Shown piece by piece: positions 49,152 to 59,454 of a stretch of 64,000 nucleotides of DNA. Each line of letters begins with the position of its first letter. The stretch's first letter is position 1. A program made the translations under genes and the position numbers. This DNA comes from Candidatus Poribacteria bacterium (lineage in GTDB: Bacteria; Poribacteria; WGA-4E; PCPOR2b): NCBI GenBank assembly GCA_965116925.1, contig OZ220744.1, forward strand, positions 5,504,001 to 5,568,000, given 5' to 3'. The notes beneath the pieces were generated by a model that ran no database searches, had not been told where the DNA came from, and saw only the letters and a list, made by a program, of their open reading frames with translations.

Positions 49152-50711
49152 ATGGCAATACAGTTCCGTTTAGCGGCTCTCGGTCATACGATGGAAACGG
49201 GTCGCGTCGTTGAGTGGCATATAGCCGAAGGTAGCAGAATCGAGGAGGGGGAGCTGCTCGTATCGATTGAAACAGACAAGGCTGTCGCTGATATTGAGTC
49301 ACCGGTCAGTGGTGTACTGTTACGCATCGTCGGTCAGGTTGATGGCGTGTACGACGTTGGCGCAACCCTCGCTTGGTTTGGGGAAGAGGGGGAAGCGGTG
49401 CCGGACGAACCCGCAGACCAAGCCCAAGCACCTGCTGCAAAGCCCGCTGCCGAATCACGGGCGACGCCTGTTGCTTTGCGACTTGCCCAACGGCACGGCA
49501 TAGATGCTGAAGCACTACAAGGAACGGGTCCGGGTGGACGGGTTACTAAGGAGGACGTGCAGCGGGCTATTGATGACGGTACTGCCACCCCAGCAGAAGC
49601 CTCCACCGGAACCCCTGCTGTGGAACAAGCTGCCGGATCGCGAGTGACCCCTGTCGCCTTACGACTTGCCCAACGGCACGGTGTAGATGCCGAGGCACTG
49701 CAAGGTACAGGTCCGGGTGGACGGGTCATCAAGGAAGATGTACAACGTGCCATTGATGAGGGCACTACCACTCCAGTAGAAGCACCCACCGAAGCTCCTG
49801 CTGCGGGGCAAACTACCGGATCGCGAGTGACCCCTGTCGCTTTACGGCTTGCCCAACGGCACGGTGTAGATGCCGAAGCATTACAGGGTACAGGTCCGGG
49901 TGGACGGGTTACCAAGGAAGATGTACAGCGTGCCGTTGATGAGGGTGCTGCCACTCCAGTAGAAGCACCGAGGGAGACGCCAGCGCCTAGCCCGATAGCA
50001 CAGCCTAAGGAGCCGGCTGCAGGCGTTGAGGTTATTCCGCTTGCTGGCATCCGTCGTATCACCGCTGAACGTTTGGGAACAATTTGGTCTCAAGCACCGC
50101 ATGTCACAGAGGGGATCGAGGTCGATTTTACCGCGCTCCAAGCCGCACGTACGGCAAATGCGGAGGCGTGGCGCAATGCTTATGGGGTTGCACCGACGCT
50201 TAACGACTTTGTGCTGAAAGCGACCGCCGAGGCGTTGAAAGCACACCCTCAACTCAACGCAGCGTTGATTGACGATGCGATACATCAGTATAGCGGCATC
50301 AATTTAGGGGTTGCCATTGACATCGAGTCTGGGTTGGTCGTGCCGGTGGTTCGCAGCGTTGACACGCTTGGCGTGATTGCGCTCGCAAATCAAGTCAGGG
50401 AACTCGCGGATCGCGCTCGGAACGGAAAGTTGGGGCTTGATGACTTTAGCGGCGGTACGTTCACGGTGACGAATCTTGGTGGTCTTGGTGTGGATTGGTT
50501 TACGCCGGTTCTCAACCCACCCCAGTGTGCGATACTCGGAGTGGGTCGGGTCCGTGAAGCTGCTGTGGTGGCAGATAGATCCATTCAGTTCCGAGATGTG
50601 GCGACGCTGGTTCTTACCTTTGACCATCGAGCGATCGACGGTGCTCCCTGTGCACGCTTCCTGGCAGATTTACGCGCACGCATTGAGGATCCAGAGCAGC
50701 TGCTGCCTTAG
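49152..50711 (+). CDS. Dihydrolipoamide acyltransferase E2 with three E3/E1-binding domains
   Basis: Lipoyl ETDKA; 3x TPVALRLA..GTGPGGRV.KEDV; catalytic FDHRAIDGA. Confidence 0.93.
   Translation: MAIQFRLAALGHTMETGRVVEWHIAEGSRIEEGELLVSIETDKAVADIESPVSGVLLRIVGQVDGVYDVGATLAWFGEEGEAVPDEPADQAQAPAAKPAAESRATPVALRLAQRHGIDAEALQGTGPGGRVTKEDVQRAIDDGTATPAEASTGTPAVEQAAGSRVTPVALRLAQRHGVDAEALQGTGPGGRVIKEDVQRAIDEGTTTPVEAPTEAPAAGQTTGSRVTPVALRLAQRHGVDAEALQGTGPGGRVTKEDVQRAVDEGAATPVEAPRETPAPSPIAQPKEPAAGVEVIPLAGIRRITAERLGTIWSQAPHVTEGIEVDFTALQAARTANAEAWRNAYGVAPTLNDFVLKATAEALKAHPQLNAALIDDAIHQYSGINLGVAIDIESGLVVPVVRSVDTLGVIALANQVRELADRARNGKLGLDDFSGGTFTVTNLGGLGVDWFTPVLNPPQCAILGVGRVREAAVVADRSIQFRDVATLVLTFDHRAIDGAPCARFLADLRARIEDPEQLLP
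49452..50000 (+). repeat. Three 183-bp intragenic repeats (PSBD + linker)
   Basis: Units start at 49452, 49635, 49818. Confidence 0.9.
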
Positions 50712-50824
50712 ACGCTGCCGCGACACTCGTTGCTGATGCATGTGAGCTCTCCGTAATTCCGTCAAGATTTATCAATCTTACTGACAAGCCCCTTTTATTT
50801 TTGTCCCAGTCTTTAAGGTGTGGG

Positions 50825-51565
50825 TTATTCTGGCACATAAGGCGAGATTTCACTGGGTTCGGGTTCAAGCACGTCAGAAGTCGGTTGATCTGCCTTCAGT
50901 TTAAGCCTGATAACCGAACCATCATCATCGCTGATTAACTCAAGCATGTCTCCATCTCTGCTCCAGGTGCCTGTTATCACTTCGTCAGGGAAGAAGAAAT
51001 CTTCGCTTTCGCCAGGCTGCGCTTCTTCGATGGGGTAGTCAAGGTCATCGAGTAACGGTTCATCACTTTCTGCTAATATATCGGCATCAGGGGCACCAGA
51101 GGGTGGATTGTTCGCCGCGCCAGGGTCAGCGGCCGATGATGGTAAGTCGTGAGGATGGTCGAGTGCGCCCCTTCTGGCAGGGGTAGACAACAGTTCGGTG
51201 ATTGAGAGTTGGAATCTGTTATCTGGCAGCAGTTTATAATCGCCTTCGAGCCGGGACACATGTTTCCAGTATAAAACGCCGTAAGGGTATTGAAACTCAA
51301 CTTCGATAGCGAAGTTAAGTGTCCATGTATAATCCGCGAAGAACACCACCTCATTTTCCAGAATGGAGATAATGGTTGTTTTATCAGGGGTCGCTGTTTG
51401 TGGATCATCAATCGCATCAATAGGATAGCCATAGCCATCGGCAGATTCGATTCGCCATACGCCAACCCATTCATTGGCTTGATCATCGAGCAGATACTTC
51501 TCCAAGCCACACCCTACAAAAACTAACATCATTGATATCAGCAACGCTAAATAGATACGCATCAT
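50825..51565 (-). CDS. Lipoprotein, lipocalin-like, acidic insertion
   Basis: Lipobox VFVGC, WVGVWR and TGTWSRDGD.LEL motifs; AAGGAG RBS before ATG 51565. Confidence 0.65.
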   Translation of the reverse strand: MMRIYLALLISMMLVFVGCGLEKYLLDDQANEWVGVWRIESADGYGYPIDAIDDPQTATPDKTTIISILENEVVFFADYTWTLNFAIEVEFQYPYGVLYWKHVSRLEGDYKLLPDNRFQLSITELLSTPARRGALDHPHDLPSSAADPGAANNPPSGAPDADILAESDEPLLDDLDYPIEEAQPGESEDFFFPDEVITGTWSRDGDMLELISDDDGSVIRLKLKADQPTSDVLEPEPSEISPYVPE

Positions 51566-51656
51566 TATGCTCCTTGTATCAAATTTTGTGTTTTTATCGA
51601 AAGCCCTAAATAATCCAAACGACGAGACACAAAATGCCAAGCAGATCCCTCACCCG

Positions 51657-53333
51657 TCACTTCTTCGGAACAACCGGAAGCAGAATATGCGACGGATACT
51701 GGCTCGAATGATGAACCGTTTGCTGTGCTGATCGCATCTCTGTATCAACCCCTAACGTATTACCGGTGTTCGGGTTGCGATCAAAGCGTGGGAAGTTAGA
51801 GGAGGAGATTTCTACGCGGAGGCAATGTCCCTTTTGGAAAACGTTTCCGGTGACCGCAACATCAATTTCGTACTCATAAACCGTGTTCGGTTCGAGGAGC
51901 GTTGGGTTGGTGAAACTTTCGCGGTATCGGGCGCGAATAATCCCGTCGCATAGGTTCATCGCGTAACCTGTTGGCGAGACATCCACCAGTTTCGCTGTCC
52001 AGTCGGTGTCCAACCCATCGGTGGCAGCGTAGAGAACCACTTTAATTGGTCCGGTCACCTCCATGTCCTCTGCCATCGGTTCGCTGGTATAGCAGAGCAC
52101 ATCGCCGCGCATCTCCGCCGGACGTTGATCGTAGGGACCCCACGGAACGATATGGGGTGAACAGCAGTTGTTGCCGCCTATTGTTTGAACCGGGTAATGC
52201 GGATCGTAAACGAAGTGATCTGTCGGTTCATGCGCGGGTAGTTCGGTGGAAAGTTCTCCGTCGCCGAGCACAGAGTTCGCTTTGCCGTTTGAATGGAAAT
52301 ACCATTTCTGCCAATCTGTCCGTGTGAGGGGCCATTCATGCTCGTCACGCCACTCGTTGATCCCCATGATGAATAACCGCAATGGGGGTTCATCAACGAT
52401 TCCGTTATCAATTCCCTTGAGCCAGTAGTCGAACCAGCGCAGTTCTTCCCCGTCTAAGTCAACCAGCGAAGGCGCGCCGAAGTCTATATCGCCTGTGTGG
52501 GTGGAGGCACTCAGGGAGTGTGGCCACGGTCCAACGATAAGTTTGCTCTGCCGGGATTCAGGAGTCCGTCCACTCTGACGCAAGCCGTTGAAATTGATAA
52601 AGGTGTGTTGTGCATAGAGGTCATACCAACCGCCCATATTGAACGCGGGAGCAGCAATCTCACCCCATTTTGTCTCAACGTTGGTTGCGTCCCAATAGTC
52701 ATCGTAGGCTGCGTGTTCAATCCAATCTTTCCAAAACTGGAGTTTGCGTCCGGCGAGTTCATCCATCTCAATAAGCGGTAGTTTTCGGAACGCTTCCGTC
52801 CAGTGGTGATATTCAATGCTTTGGGCAGTCCGTCCATTGGTACGCATCCCCCACGTCATCAGCACATTGAGTTGAAACGCGCCGCCGGGGTAGGCTAATC
52901 CGGTGTAAAAGTCATTACAGATGACGCGAGGCACCATACAGGTCAGAAACTCGCTCCGATGGGGCGCGCTCTGCCACTGCACCAATCCTACATACGATCC
53001 GCCCGCCATACCGATTTTTCCGTTACACCACTCCTGCTGACCGATCCATTCCTGCATGTCGTAGCCATCTGGACCATGATTCGCAAAAGGGTAATGCTCG
53101 CCATCTGAATCCCAACGGCCTCGGACATCCTGAATCACGCAGGCGTAGCCGTTGTTTGCCAGTTGACGCGCTTTTTCGATCATTGTGTCCATGTTGTTAC
53201 TGTAAGGTGTGCGCATCAACACCGTTGGAAACTTCCCCTGCGCTTTCGGGAGATAGATATCTGATGAGAGATTGACTCCATCGCGCATCGGTGTCTTTAT
53301 ATTCAAACGCATTTCCACATCGTAATTCGACAT
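51657..53333 (-). CDS. CocE/NonD family serine hydrolase
   Basis: MRDGV.L, RTPY, QDVRGR..S.G, GGSYVG, GGWYD, GPWPH, SSSNFPRFDRN. Confidence 0.93.
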   Translation of the reverse strand: MSNYDVEMRLNIKTPMRDGVNLSSDIYLPKAQGKFPTVLMRTPYSNNMDTMIEKARQLANNGYACVIQDVRGRWDSDGEHYPFANHGPDGYDMQEWIGQQEWCNGKIGMAGGSYVGLVQWQSAPHRSEFLTCMVPRVICNDFYTGLAYPGGAFQLNVLMTWGMRTNGRTAQSIEYHHWTEAFRKLPLIEMDELAGRKLQFWKDWIEHAAYDDYWDATNVETKWGEIAAPAFNMGGWYDLYAQHTFINFNGLRQSGRTPESRQSKLIVGPWPHSLSASTHTGDIDFGAPSLVDLDGEELRWFDYWLKGIDNGIVDEPPLRLFIMGINEWRDEHEWPLTRTDWQKWYFHSNGKANSVLGDGELSTELPAHEPTDHFVYDPHYPVQTIGGNNCCSPHIVPWGPYDQRPAEMRGDVLCYTSEPMAEDMEVTGPIKVVLYAATDGLDTDWTAKLVDVSPTGYAMNLCDGIIRARYRESFTNPTLLEPNTVYEYEIDVAVTGNVFQKGHCLRVEISSSNFPRFDRNPNTGNTLGVDTEMRSAQQTVHHSSQYPSHILLPVVPKK

Positions 53334-53409
53334 TTGTTTCCTCCTGTTTCTTTAGTTCATTAGTTCACTAGTTCATTAATGAATCCATCCCCTATGCACC
53401 GCTTTCAAT

Positions 53410-54111
53410 TTATCCGTCAGCGAACTGTAAAGAGCCAAAATGTTGTGGACGATGATAATCGATCTCTCGGGTTGGCGACCATGCGGTGTATTCGTCTTCG
53501 GCTTCCGTTTTCCCGCGATCAATCCGATACAGGTTCATGCGCCAGATGTCTCCCGCTTTCGGTGGGATATTTGGGGCGGTCAGTAAGTCCTTGAATGGGA
53601 CAGCGATTTCACAGGACCAAGATGTATCCGGCGGACTGATAGTTCCTCTGTCGGCGGGGGAATTCGTTTTTGCCGTGCCGTCAACGGAGACTGCATGTTG
53701 CAACGTTTCGCTATCCCAATCGCGCAGCACGTGCATCTCCTGCCCGTGTGATTTGCCGTTGACAACGAAGGCATCGAACAACGTATTGAGGGGACTGACT
53801 TCAAGCTCGATGTATGTCCGGAGGTCGCAGTCTGGATCGAGAAAGACTTCGACCACCTCCTCATCATAGATATTCCCATCACGCTCGCGAATTGTTCCCC
53901 AGATGTCTTGATCATAACACAGAAATCCGACGTAGAGGTACTCGCTATTCCAGAGCAGCCGAACTTCTGTTGGTTGACGCGATTTTTCGCCGGTATCCGT
54001 CGTCAACAGTTCAATGACATCGGCCGATTTCCACGCGGCATCCGTGAGCGAACCATCAATTTTTATTTCGCCCTCAATCCGAACACAACCATATTGCGGC
54101 AATTCTATCAT
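53410..54111 (-). CDS. Carbohydrate-binding family 9-like protein
   Basis: IKIDGSL.D.AW, EVVEVFLDP, WSCEIAVPF, WRMNLYR, H.PQHFG. Confidence 0.85.
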   Translation of the reverse strand: MIELPQYGCVRIEGEIKIDGSLTDAAWKSADVIELLTTDTGEKSRQPTEVRLLWNSEYLYVGFLCYDQDIWGTIRERDGNIYDEEVVEVFLDPDCDLRTYIELEVSPLNTLFDAFVVNGKSHGQEMHVLRDWDSETLQHAVSVDGTAKTNSPADRGTISPPDTSWSCEIAVPFKDLLTAPNIPPKAGDIWRMNLYRIDRGKTEAEDEYTAWSPTREIDYHRPQHFGSLQFADG

Positions 54112-54144
54112 CGGTTTCTCCTTCGTCTAGCAATATTCTATGTT

Positions 54145-55227
54145 TTACGTTTCACGCATCACAAGATCAACCCCCAAACCGGGGCGATCGGAAAGTTCGA
54201 TATATCCAGAAACTACCCCCTCCGGCGGGTTCAGGAGTTCCCCCCGCCATTCCACCTCGCCCCATGCGAACTCTAGGATTGCAAAGTTCGGCACAGTTGC
54301 CATACACTGCACACTTGCCGCGGTTGCAACCGGACCGCTTGGGTTATGTGGGGTCATCATCACATTCGCTGCTTCTGCCATCGCTGCAATCTTTTTCAAT
54401 TCTAAGATACCACCAACATGCTTCACGTCTGACAGGATATAATCGGCGGCACGTTTTTCCAGAAGCCTCTGAAAGGCGGATTTGGTTCGTAACTGCTCTC
54501 CGGTTGCGATTGGCATTGAAGTGGATTGGCTGACGTGAGAAAGGGCATCCAGATTTGTCATAGGAATCGGATCTTCAAGCCAGAAGAGATGCAGGTCATC
54601 GAGGGCTTTCGCTGTCTGGACAATCAAGCCCGGGTTGAAACGGCTATGACAATCGACCATCAGGTCGATATCGGGGCCGATGGTTTCGCGGATACGGCGG
54701 ATCCGTTCAATCCCTGTCCGAATCGCAGGAGTCAAGGTGCCGTGGGATATATCTCGCATGGAAACATCGTCAAAAGGGGCGCACTTTACCGCCGTAAACC
54801 CTTCCTCAACTGCTTTTCGAGCATTTTGCGCGAAGCCTTCGGGGGTTCGGTTCACAGTTGCACGGTTGATGTTGGCATATAGACGAATCTTCTCTCGACA
54901 CTTGCCACCCAAGAGTTGATAGATGGGGACGTTCAACGCCTTGCCGACAAGATCCCAGAGCGCGTGTTCAAGTCCGCTGATTGCCGTATGATAGGGGCGT
55001 CCTTCACCCTCATTATAGAGCCGGCGGTGGAAGTCCTCAATTCGGAATATATCCCGACCAACGAGGGTGGAGTTGAGCCCTTCGATAATTTGCACTACGC
55101 GTCCGTCGTGACCGTGAGAGGCTTCTCCAATACCTGTCGAGCCATCTTCAGCATGGATTTTGACAAAGACCCAATCGCCACGATGGTTGATATCCACAGT
55201 ATGGGTTTCGATTACTTTAATTTTCAT
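54145..55227 (-). CDS. Mandelate racemase/galactonate dehydratase-like enolase
   Basis: SGLEHALWDL.GK, K.APFD, DCHS, LEDP, TGEQ, PHNPSGP; ATG 55227. Confidence 0.88.
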   Translation of the reverse strand: MKIKVIETHTVDINHRGDWVFVKIHAEDGSTGIGEASHGHDGRVVQIIEGLNSTLVGRDIFRIEDFHRRLYNEGEGRPYHTAISGLEHALWDLVGKALNVPIYQLLGGKCREKIRLYANINRATVNRTPEGFAQNARKAVEEGFTAVKCAPFDDVSMRDISHGTLTPAIRTGIERIRRIRETIGPDIDLMVDCHSRFNPGLIVQTAKALDDLHLFWLEDPIPMTNLDALSHVSQSTSMPIATGEQLRTKSAFQRLLEKRAADYILSDVKHVGGILELKKIAAMAEAANVMMTPHNPSGPVATAASVQCMATVPNFAILEFAWGEVEWRGELLNPPEGVVSGYIELSDRPGLGVDLVMRET

Positions 55228-55234
55228 TTCATCC

Positions 55235-55639
55235 TCATTCAGTAGAACAGGTTTCAGATTCACAGTCCAATTTGCTCAAACGTGATCGATTCTTTGCGAT
55301 GATTAGGTACGCCCCCTTCAGCAGCGTCCGAACCACGGGCACAAGGTAGATCCATGTGATATAGCGATACTTGCCGAGTCGCTTATAAATTTGGTAGATG
55401 GTATCCGCTCCGCAGTAGACCTTCCCGTTTGCGTCAATGAACCGCATCCCTTCCTCCGATTCGATGGCTTCAAGCTGTGGATAGTGTGTGTAGAGGTCGG
55501 GGATTTGTTTGGGGGTATAGGTAAACTGGTCTGCCTGATCCTTGTTCTGAATTCGACGGATGCCGTTCAAGCAGAAATTGCATTCTCCATCGTAGATGAT
55601 AACGGGTTTGGTTGGTTTTGTTGTGTTGTCCGTTTTCAT
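55235..55639 (-). CDS. DUF393 / DCC1-like thiol-disulfide oxidoreductase
   Basis: IIYDGECNFC and Y..IAKNR motifs. Confidence 0.9.
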   Translation of the reverse strand: MKTDNTTKPTKPVIIYDGECNFCLNGIRRIQNKDQADQFTYTPKQIPDLYTHYPQLEAIESEEGMRFIDANGKVYCGADTIYQIYKRLGKYRYITWIYLVPVVRTLLKGAYLIIAKNRSRLSKLDCESETCSTE

Positions 55640-55749
55640 GAGTTAGATTCTCCTTTTGAGATGCCGATCTTTATGCGGGAAACCAGCCTTGCAGAACTTC
55701 ACGGAAGCGACGAAACAGCTCTTTCCAATCACGTTTGGAACACTATCCC

Positions 55750-57516
55750 CTACATCTCCTCAAGCGTTTCAATACCTAGCAGGGCTAAAGCTTTCTTGAT
55801 AACAGCTGCGGAAGCGTTTATCAGTGCCAATCGCGCTTTTATTAATGGAGGACTTTCCGCGGAAAGCACGGGGTGCTTGTGGTAGAATTGATTGACAGTT
55901 TGCGCGACGGTGAACAGATGATTACAGATACGAGCGGGGGAGAGATCCCTAGCGGCTTCTTCTACAACTTCGGGGAATTGAATCAGCGCACGAATCAGTT
56001 GCAATTCCTCCTCGTTTCCGAGCAGCGAAAAATCTGGTTCAACTGAGGTAAATTCTTGCGTTTGTGCCCTTCGTAGGATGCTTGCACAACGTGCGTAGGC
56101 ATACTGGCAATAGGGTCCAGTAAAACCATCGAAGGAGATAGATTCTTCCGGATCAAAGTTGATGGTGAGTTCGGGCCGGACGCGCAGCAGATAGAATTTA
56201 ATCGCCGCCATCCCAATCGCAAAGGCACGTTTCTGTACCTCCGCGTCCGATAGCCTGCCCTCCGAGTCGCGTCTCCGAATTTCATCTGCGGCAAGCTGAA
56301 ACATCTCTTCAATGAGGTCATCGGCATCAATCACTGTCCCTTCACGCGATTTCATTCTTCCTCCTGGCAGATTCACCATGCCGTAGGATAGGTGATAGCA
56401 CTCCGGTGCCCATTCAAAGCCGAGCATATCGAGCAGTTTGAATAAACACTGGAAATGGTAGTTCTGCTCTGAACCGACGACATAGATGGAACGATCGAGT
56501 TGATGCTCGTCAAACTTCATCTTTGCTGTTCCGAGGTCCTGCGTGATATAAACGCTGGTGCCGTCGCTACGGAGCAGCGTCTCCACCTTCTGGCTTCCAT
56601 CCCTTTGTGTGCCGAATTCGTCAACGGGCAATTTGGCTATCACAGCCCCGTCTTCAGCCACGACGAAGGCACCCTTATCCAGACCGGTTTGGATGAGATC
56701 TTTGCCGAGATTGTAGGTCTGGGACTCGTAGTAGAAAGCGTCGAATTCTAAGCCGAGTTTTTGATAGGTTTCGCCGAATCCATCGTAGACCCACCCGTTC
56801 ATCGTCTCCCAGAGTTTAAGCGTCTCTGGATCACCGGATTCCCACTTCCGAAGCATCCCCTGCGTCTCTTGTTCCAGATCTGGGTGCTTCTTTTCTTCTT
56901 GTGCGTAACGGACATACCAATCCCCAACAAAGTGATCGCCCTTCGTGTCGGTCGTCTCCGGTGTCCCACCATCTGCCCACTTCAGCCAAGCAAGCATTGA
57001 TTTGCAGATGTGGACACCACGATCATTCACGAGGTTTGCCTTAATCACCGTATGCTCTGTCGCTTCAAGCAGGTTTGATACCCCCATTCCGAGGACACCG
57101 TTGCGGATATGTCCTAAGTGCAGAGGTTTATTGGTATTAGGGGAGAGATATTCGACCATCACCCGCTGTCCCCGCCCTATATCGGTGTTTCCAAGACGCT
57201 CCCCCTGTTGTGCGATCTCATCACATACACCGCCGAATAGAGCGTGATCGTCAATCTTAACGTTCAAATAGGGACCAACCGCCCTCACCGATTGGATCGA
57301 TTCGTTCGGTTCGATCTCGTCTGCAATTGCTTGGGCAATTTGGGCTGGGTTTTGCCGAAATTGTTTTGCTAGCGGGAAGCATTCTATCGTAAAGTCACCC
57401 AATTCGACCTGTGGTGGATACCCTAGTTTGAGGGCTTCCGGTTTTTGTCCAAATCGGTTTTGGCAGGCGGTTTCTATTGTAGTTAGAATTTCGGTTTTAA
57501 TACTGCTAATTAACAT
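55750..57516 (-). CDS. argS: Arginine--tRNA ligase
   Basis: EYLSPNTNKPLHLGH, YESQ, YITQD, EQNYHF, MKSREG, GPYCQYAYAR. Confidence 0.97.
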   Translation of the reverse strand: MLISSIKTEILTTIETACQNRFGQKPEALKLGYPPQVELGDFTIECFPLAKQFRQNPAQIAQAIADEIEPNESIQSVRAVGPYLNVKIDDHALFGGVCDEIAQQGERLGNTDIGRGQRVMVEYLSPNTNKPLHLGHIRNGVLGMGVSNLLEATEHTVIKANLVNDRGVHICKSMLAWLKWADGGTPETTDTKGDHFVGDWYVRYAQEEKKHPDLEQETQGMLRKWESGDPETLKLWETMNGWVYDGFGETYQKLGLEFDAFYYESQTYNLGKDLIQTGLDKGAFVVAEDGAVIAKLPVDEFGTQRDGSQKVETLLRSDGTSVYITQDLGTAKMKFDEHQLDRSIYVVGSEQNYHFQCLFKLLDMLGFEWAPECYHLSYGMVNLPGGRMKSREGTVIDADDLIEEMFQLAADEIRRRDSEGRLSDAEVQKRAFAIGMAAIKFYLLRVRPELTINFDPEESISFDGFTGPYCQYAYARCASILRRAQTQEFTSVEPDFSLLGNEEELQLIRALIQFPEVVEEAARDLSPARICNHLFTVAQTVNQFYHKHPVLSAESPPLIKARLALINASAAVIKKALALLGIETLEEM

Positions 57517-57525
57517 CCTTCCCTC

Positions 57526-57987
57526 CTACTTTTCTTCGTTAGGCTGGGAAGGGAAAAGCCTTTCGTCATCAAAGTCATAATCGTCAAGTTCGTCATATGC
57601 TTCTTCATCTTCCTCATATTCATCAACGGTTTCCACATCGGGAACTTCAATCTGTGGAGCGTCAGCCCAAAGGCGTTCGAGATTATAGTATTCCCGCTTA
57701 TCTTCGAGAAAAATATGTACCACAAAGTCAACGTAGTCTAGCAAGACCCAGTCTGCATCACGGCCCCCTTCTCGATGCCAAGGACGTTCATTCCATTTGT
57801 CCGCCAGTTCGTCTCGCACGGCCTCGGATATACCTTCGACCTGTGTATCTGAGATACCACTACAGATGACGAAAAAGTTTGTAAACGAGGGTAACTGTCT
57901 TAAATCGAGGATAACCGCATTGCGAGCCCGTCGGCTCAAGGCGGTAGCAGCAGCGGCTTGTACCATTTCTAACATATTTTCTTGCAT
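57526..57987 (-). CDS. rsfS: Ribosome silencing factor RsfS with acidic tail
   Basis: FVICSG.SDTQV, WVLLDY.DFVVHIF, REYYNLERLW. Confidence 0.95.
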   Translation of the reverse strand: MQENMLEMVQAAAATALSRRARNAVILDLRQLPSFTNFFVICSGISDTQVEGISEAVRDELADKWNERPWHREGGRDADWVLLDYVDFVVHIFLEDKREYYNLERLWADAPQIEVPDVETVDEYEEDEEAYDELDDYDFDDERLFPSQPNEEK

Positions 57988-58026
57988 GTTATTCCTCCTT
58001 TTTGTCGTGGCTGGATTTTTTGAGAG

Positions 58027-59454
58027 CTATTCACAGGTATAGCTTAGAAGTAACTCTTTTTCGGGTTGAGATACTCGGTGATTTAGATAATTTCTTTCGT
58101 GGATATAGTAAATTTCAAGTGATGTGAGCTGTTTCTGACCCGTATGCGTCTCGTTCCAACGCTGGCAAAGATAACGTGCGTAATCCTCTTTGAACCCCAA
58201 GGGTCTGAAATATCTACGCCATCGATGGTTCTTGTAGATGGCAATTACAAGTTCTGGTTTTTTCCAACTCACTGTTCTATCCGGGTTGAGAAGATTGACC
58301 TTGGTTCCATCTTGAAGTTCACCAACGATTACATGCCATCCATCTTTTCTCGGTGGTCCCCTAAACAGTCCCCACCACTGATCTAATCTCAAAGTATACC
58401 CGATCGACTGAACAGCCATGGGAAAGGAAAGTGCGGGATTGACCGTCCTTAGATTCCACATCAGAACGTAAAGCAGAAAAAACAGAGCGAGTGCGTTCTT
58501 CCAAATCGCCTGCTCCCGGATTGGGGAATCAGTCCTCTGAACTAGCGTTTTGAACTTTCCTAAGAATTGGTCCCAAAACCAACTCGGAATAAACAGTAAC
58601 CAACTCGCCATGCAGATGTAAGTAAACAGCCACAATTCCAGAGCAAGTCCCATACTGAAGTGAAAAACCGTGAAACTGACGATAACGAGGCAGCGCACCG
58701 GACCCGAAAAAAACGGTGAGAACGCAAGCAGCGGTCCAAATGCTTCGAGTCCCATCGTGGCGTAGGTAAGAAACTTCAACAACAGCGGATGGGATTCGAG
58801 CAGCAACTTTCCAAAGTTTGTAACGTATCGGTCAAGCATCAGCGCGTAATAGACACCGGTGCCTCTGATTAACCAACTCTTGGTTGATTTTAATATGACC
58901 GAAAACCAGTATACAAAGCATATCTGTAGTAAGGCAGCGACTGTACCTCCTGAAAAGATGACGTTAGATTCTTGGAATTGATGCGGGTTTCTTAAATGGT
59001 CAATGGAGTAACGTGCTCCAAGCGGCAAAAACATTCCCCAAAAGAGCAATAGACATAGTAGATAATCACCGCCCTGCATCAGAAGCCAATTTCGAGAATT
59101 CAAGGAAATTGTCAGGAACCAAACGATAGGTGTCACCAAACGGGTATGGTAGCCTAAAAGCAACCCGACCGCAAATAACCCCGCAATAATGAACAGAGCG
59201 GTTTGGAATTCTATTGAGCCGTTAAGCAGATGTACAGATACACGCCATTTTGCGGAGTGCTTAATGACTCTATCTATCGGTAGAACACCACGATCTGTAT
59301 AGTGCGATTCTAAGTCGATAGCACGTGTGATGAGATCTACGATGATTATAAGTGCGATGCTGATGCGAAAGACTGCTAGTGAACGCAGATCGATTCCAAA
59401 TAATTCTTGTGCTTTTAACTTCCAGTGATGAAGTCGAGATTGATTACGGAACAT
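58027..59454 (-). CDS. HTTM domain membrane protein
   Basis: GIDLRSLAVFRI, GGDYLL..LLFW.MFLPLG..YSID, LRLDQWW.LF; start ATG 59454 assumed. Confidence 0.85.
   Translation of the reverse strand: MFRNQSRLHHWKLKAQELFGIDLRSLAVFRISIALIIIVDLITRAIDLESHYTDRGVLPIDRVIKHSAKWRVSVHLLNGSIEFQTALFIIAGLFAVGLLLGYHTRLVTPIVWFLTISLNSRNWLLMQGGDYLLCLLLFWGMFLPLGARYSIDHLRNPHQFQESNVIFSGGTVAALLQICFVYWFSVILKSTKSWLIRGTGVYYALMLDRYVTNFGKLLLESHPLLLKFLTYATMGLEAFGPLLAFSPFFSGPVRCLVIVSFTVFHFSMGLALELWLFTYICMASWLLFIPSWFWDQFLGKFKTLVQRTDSPIREQAIWKNALALFFLLYVLMWNLRTVNPALSFPMAVQSIGYTLRLDQWWGLFRGPPRKDGWHVIVGELQDGTKVNLLNPDRTVSWKKPELVIAIYKNHRWRRYFRPLGFKEDYARYLCQRWNETHTGQKQLTSLEIYYIHERNYLNHRVSQPEKELLLSYTCE

Noticed and set aside
49334..50062. 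242-aa antisense ORF, and similar shadow ORFs such as 25077-25694 and 47409-48038
   Set aside because: Opposite-strand shadows of well-supported genes with no motifs of their own
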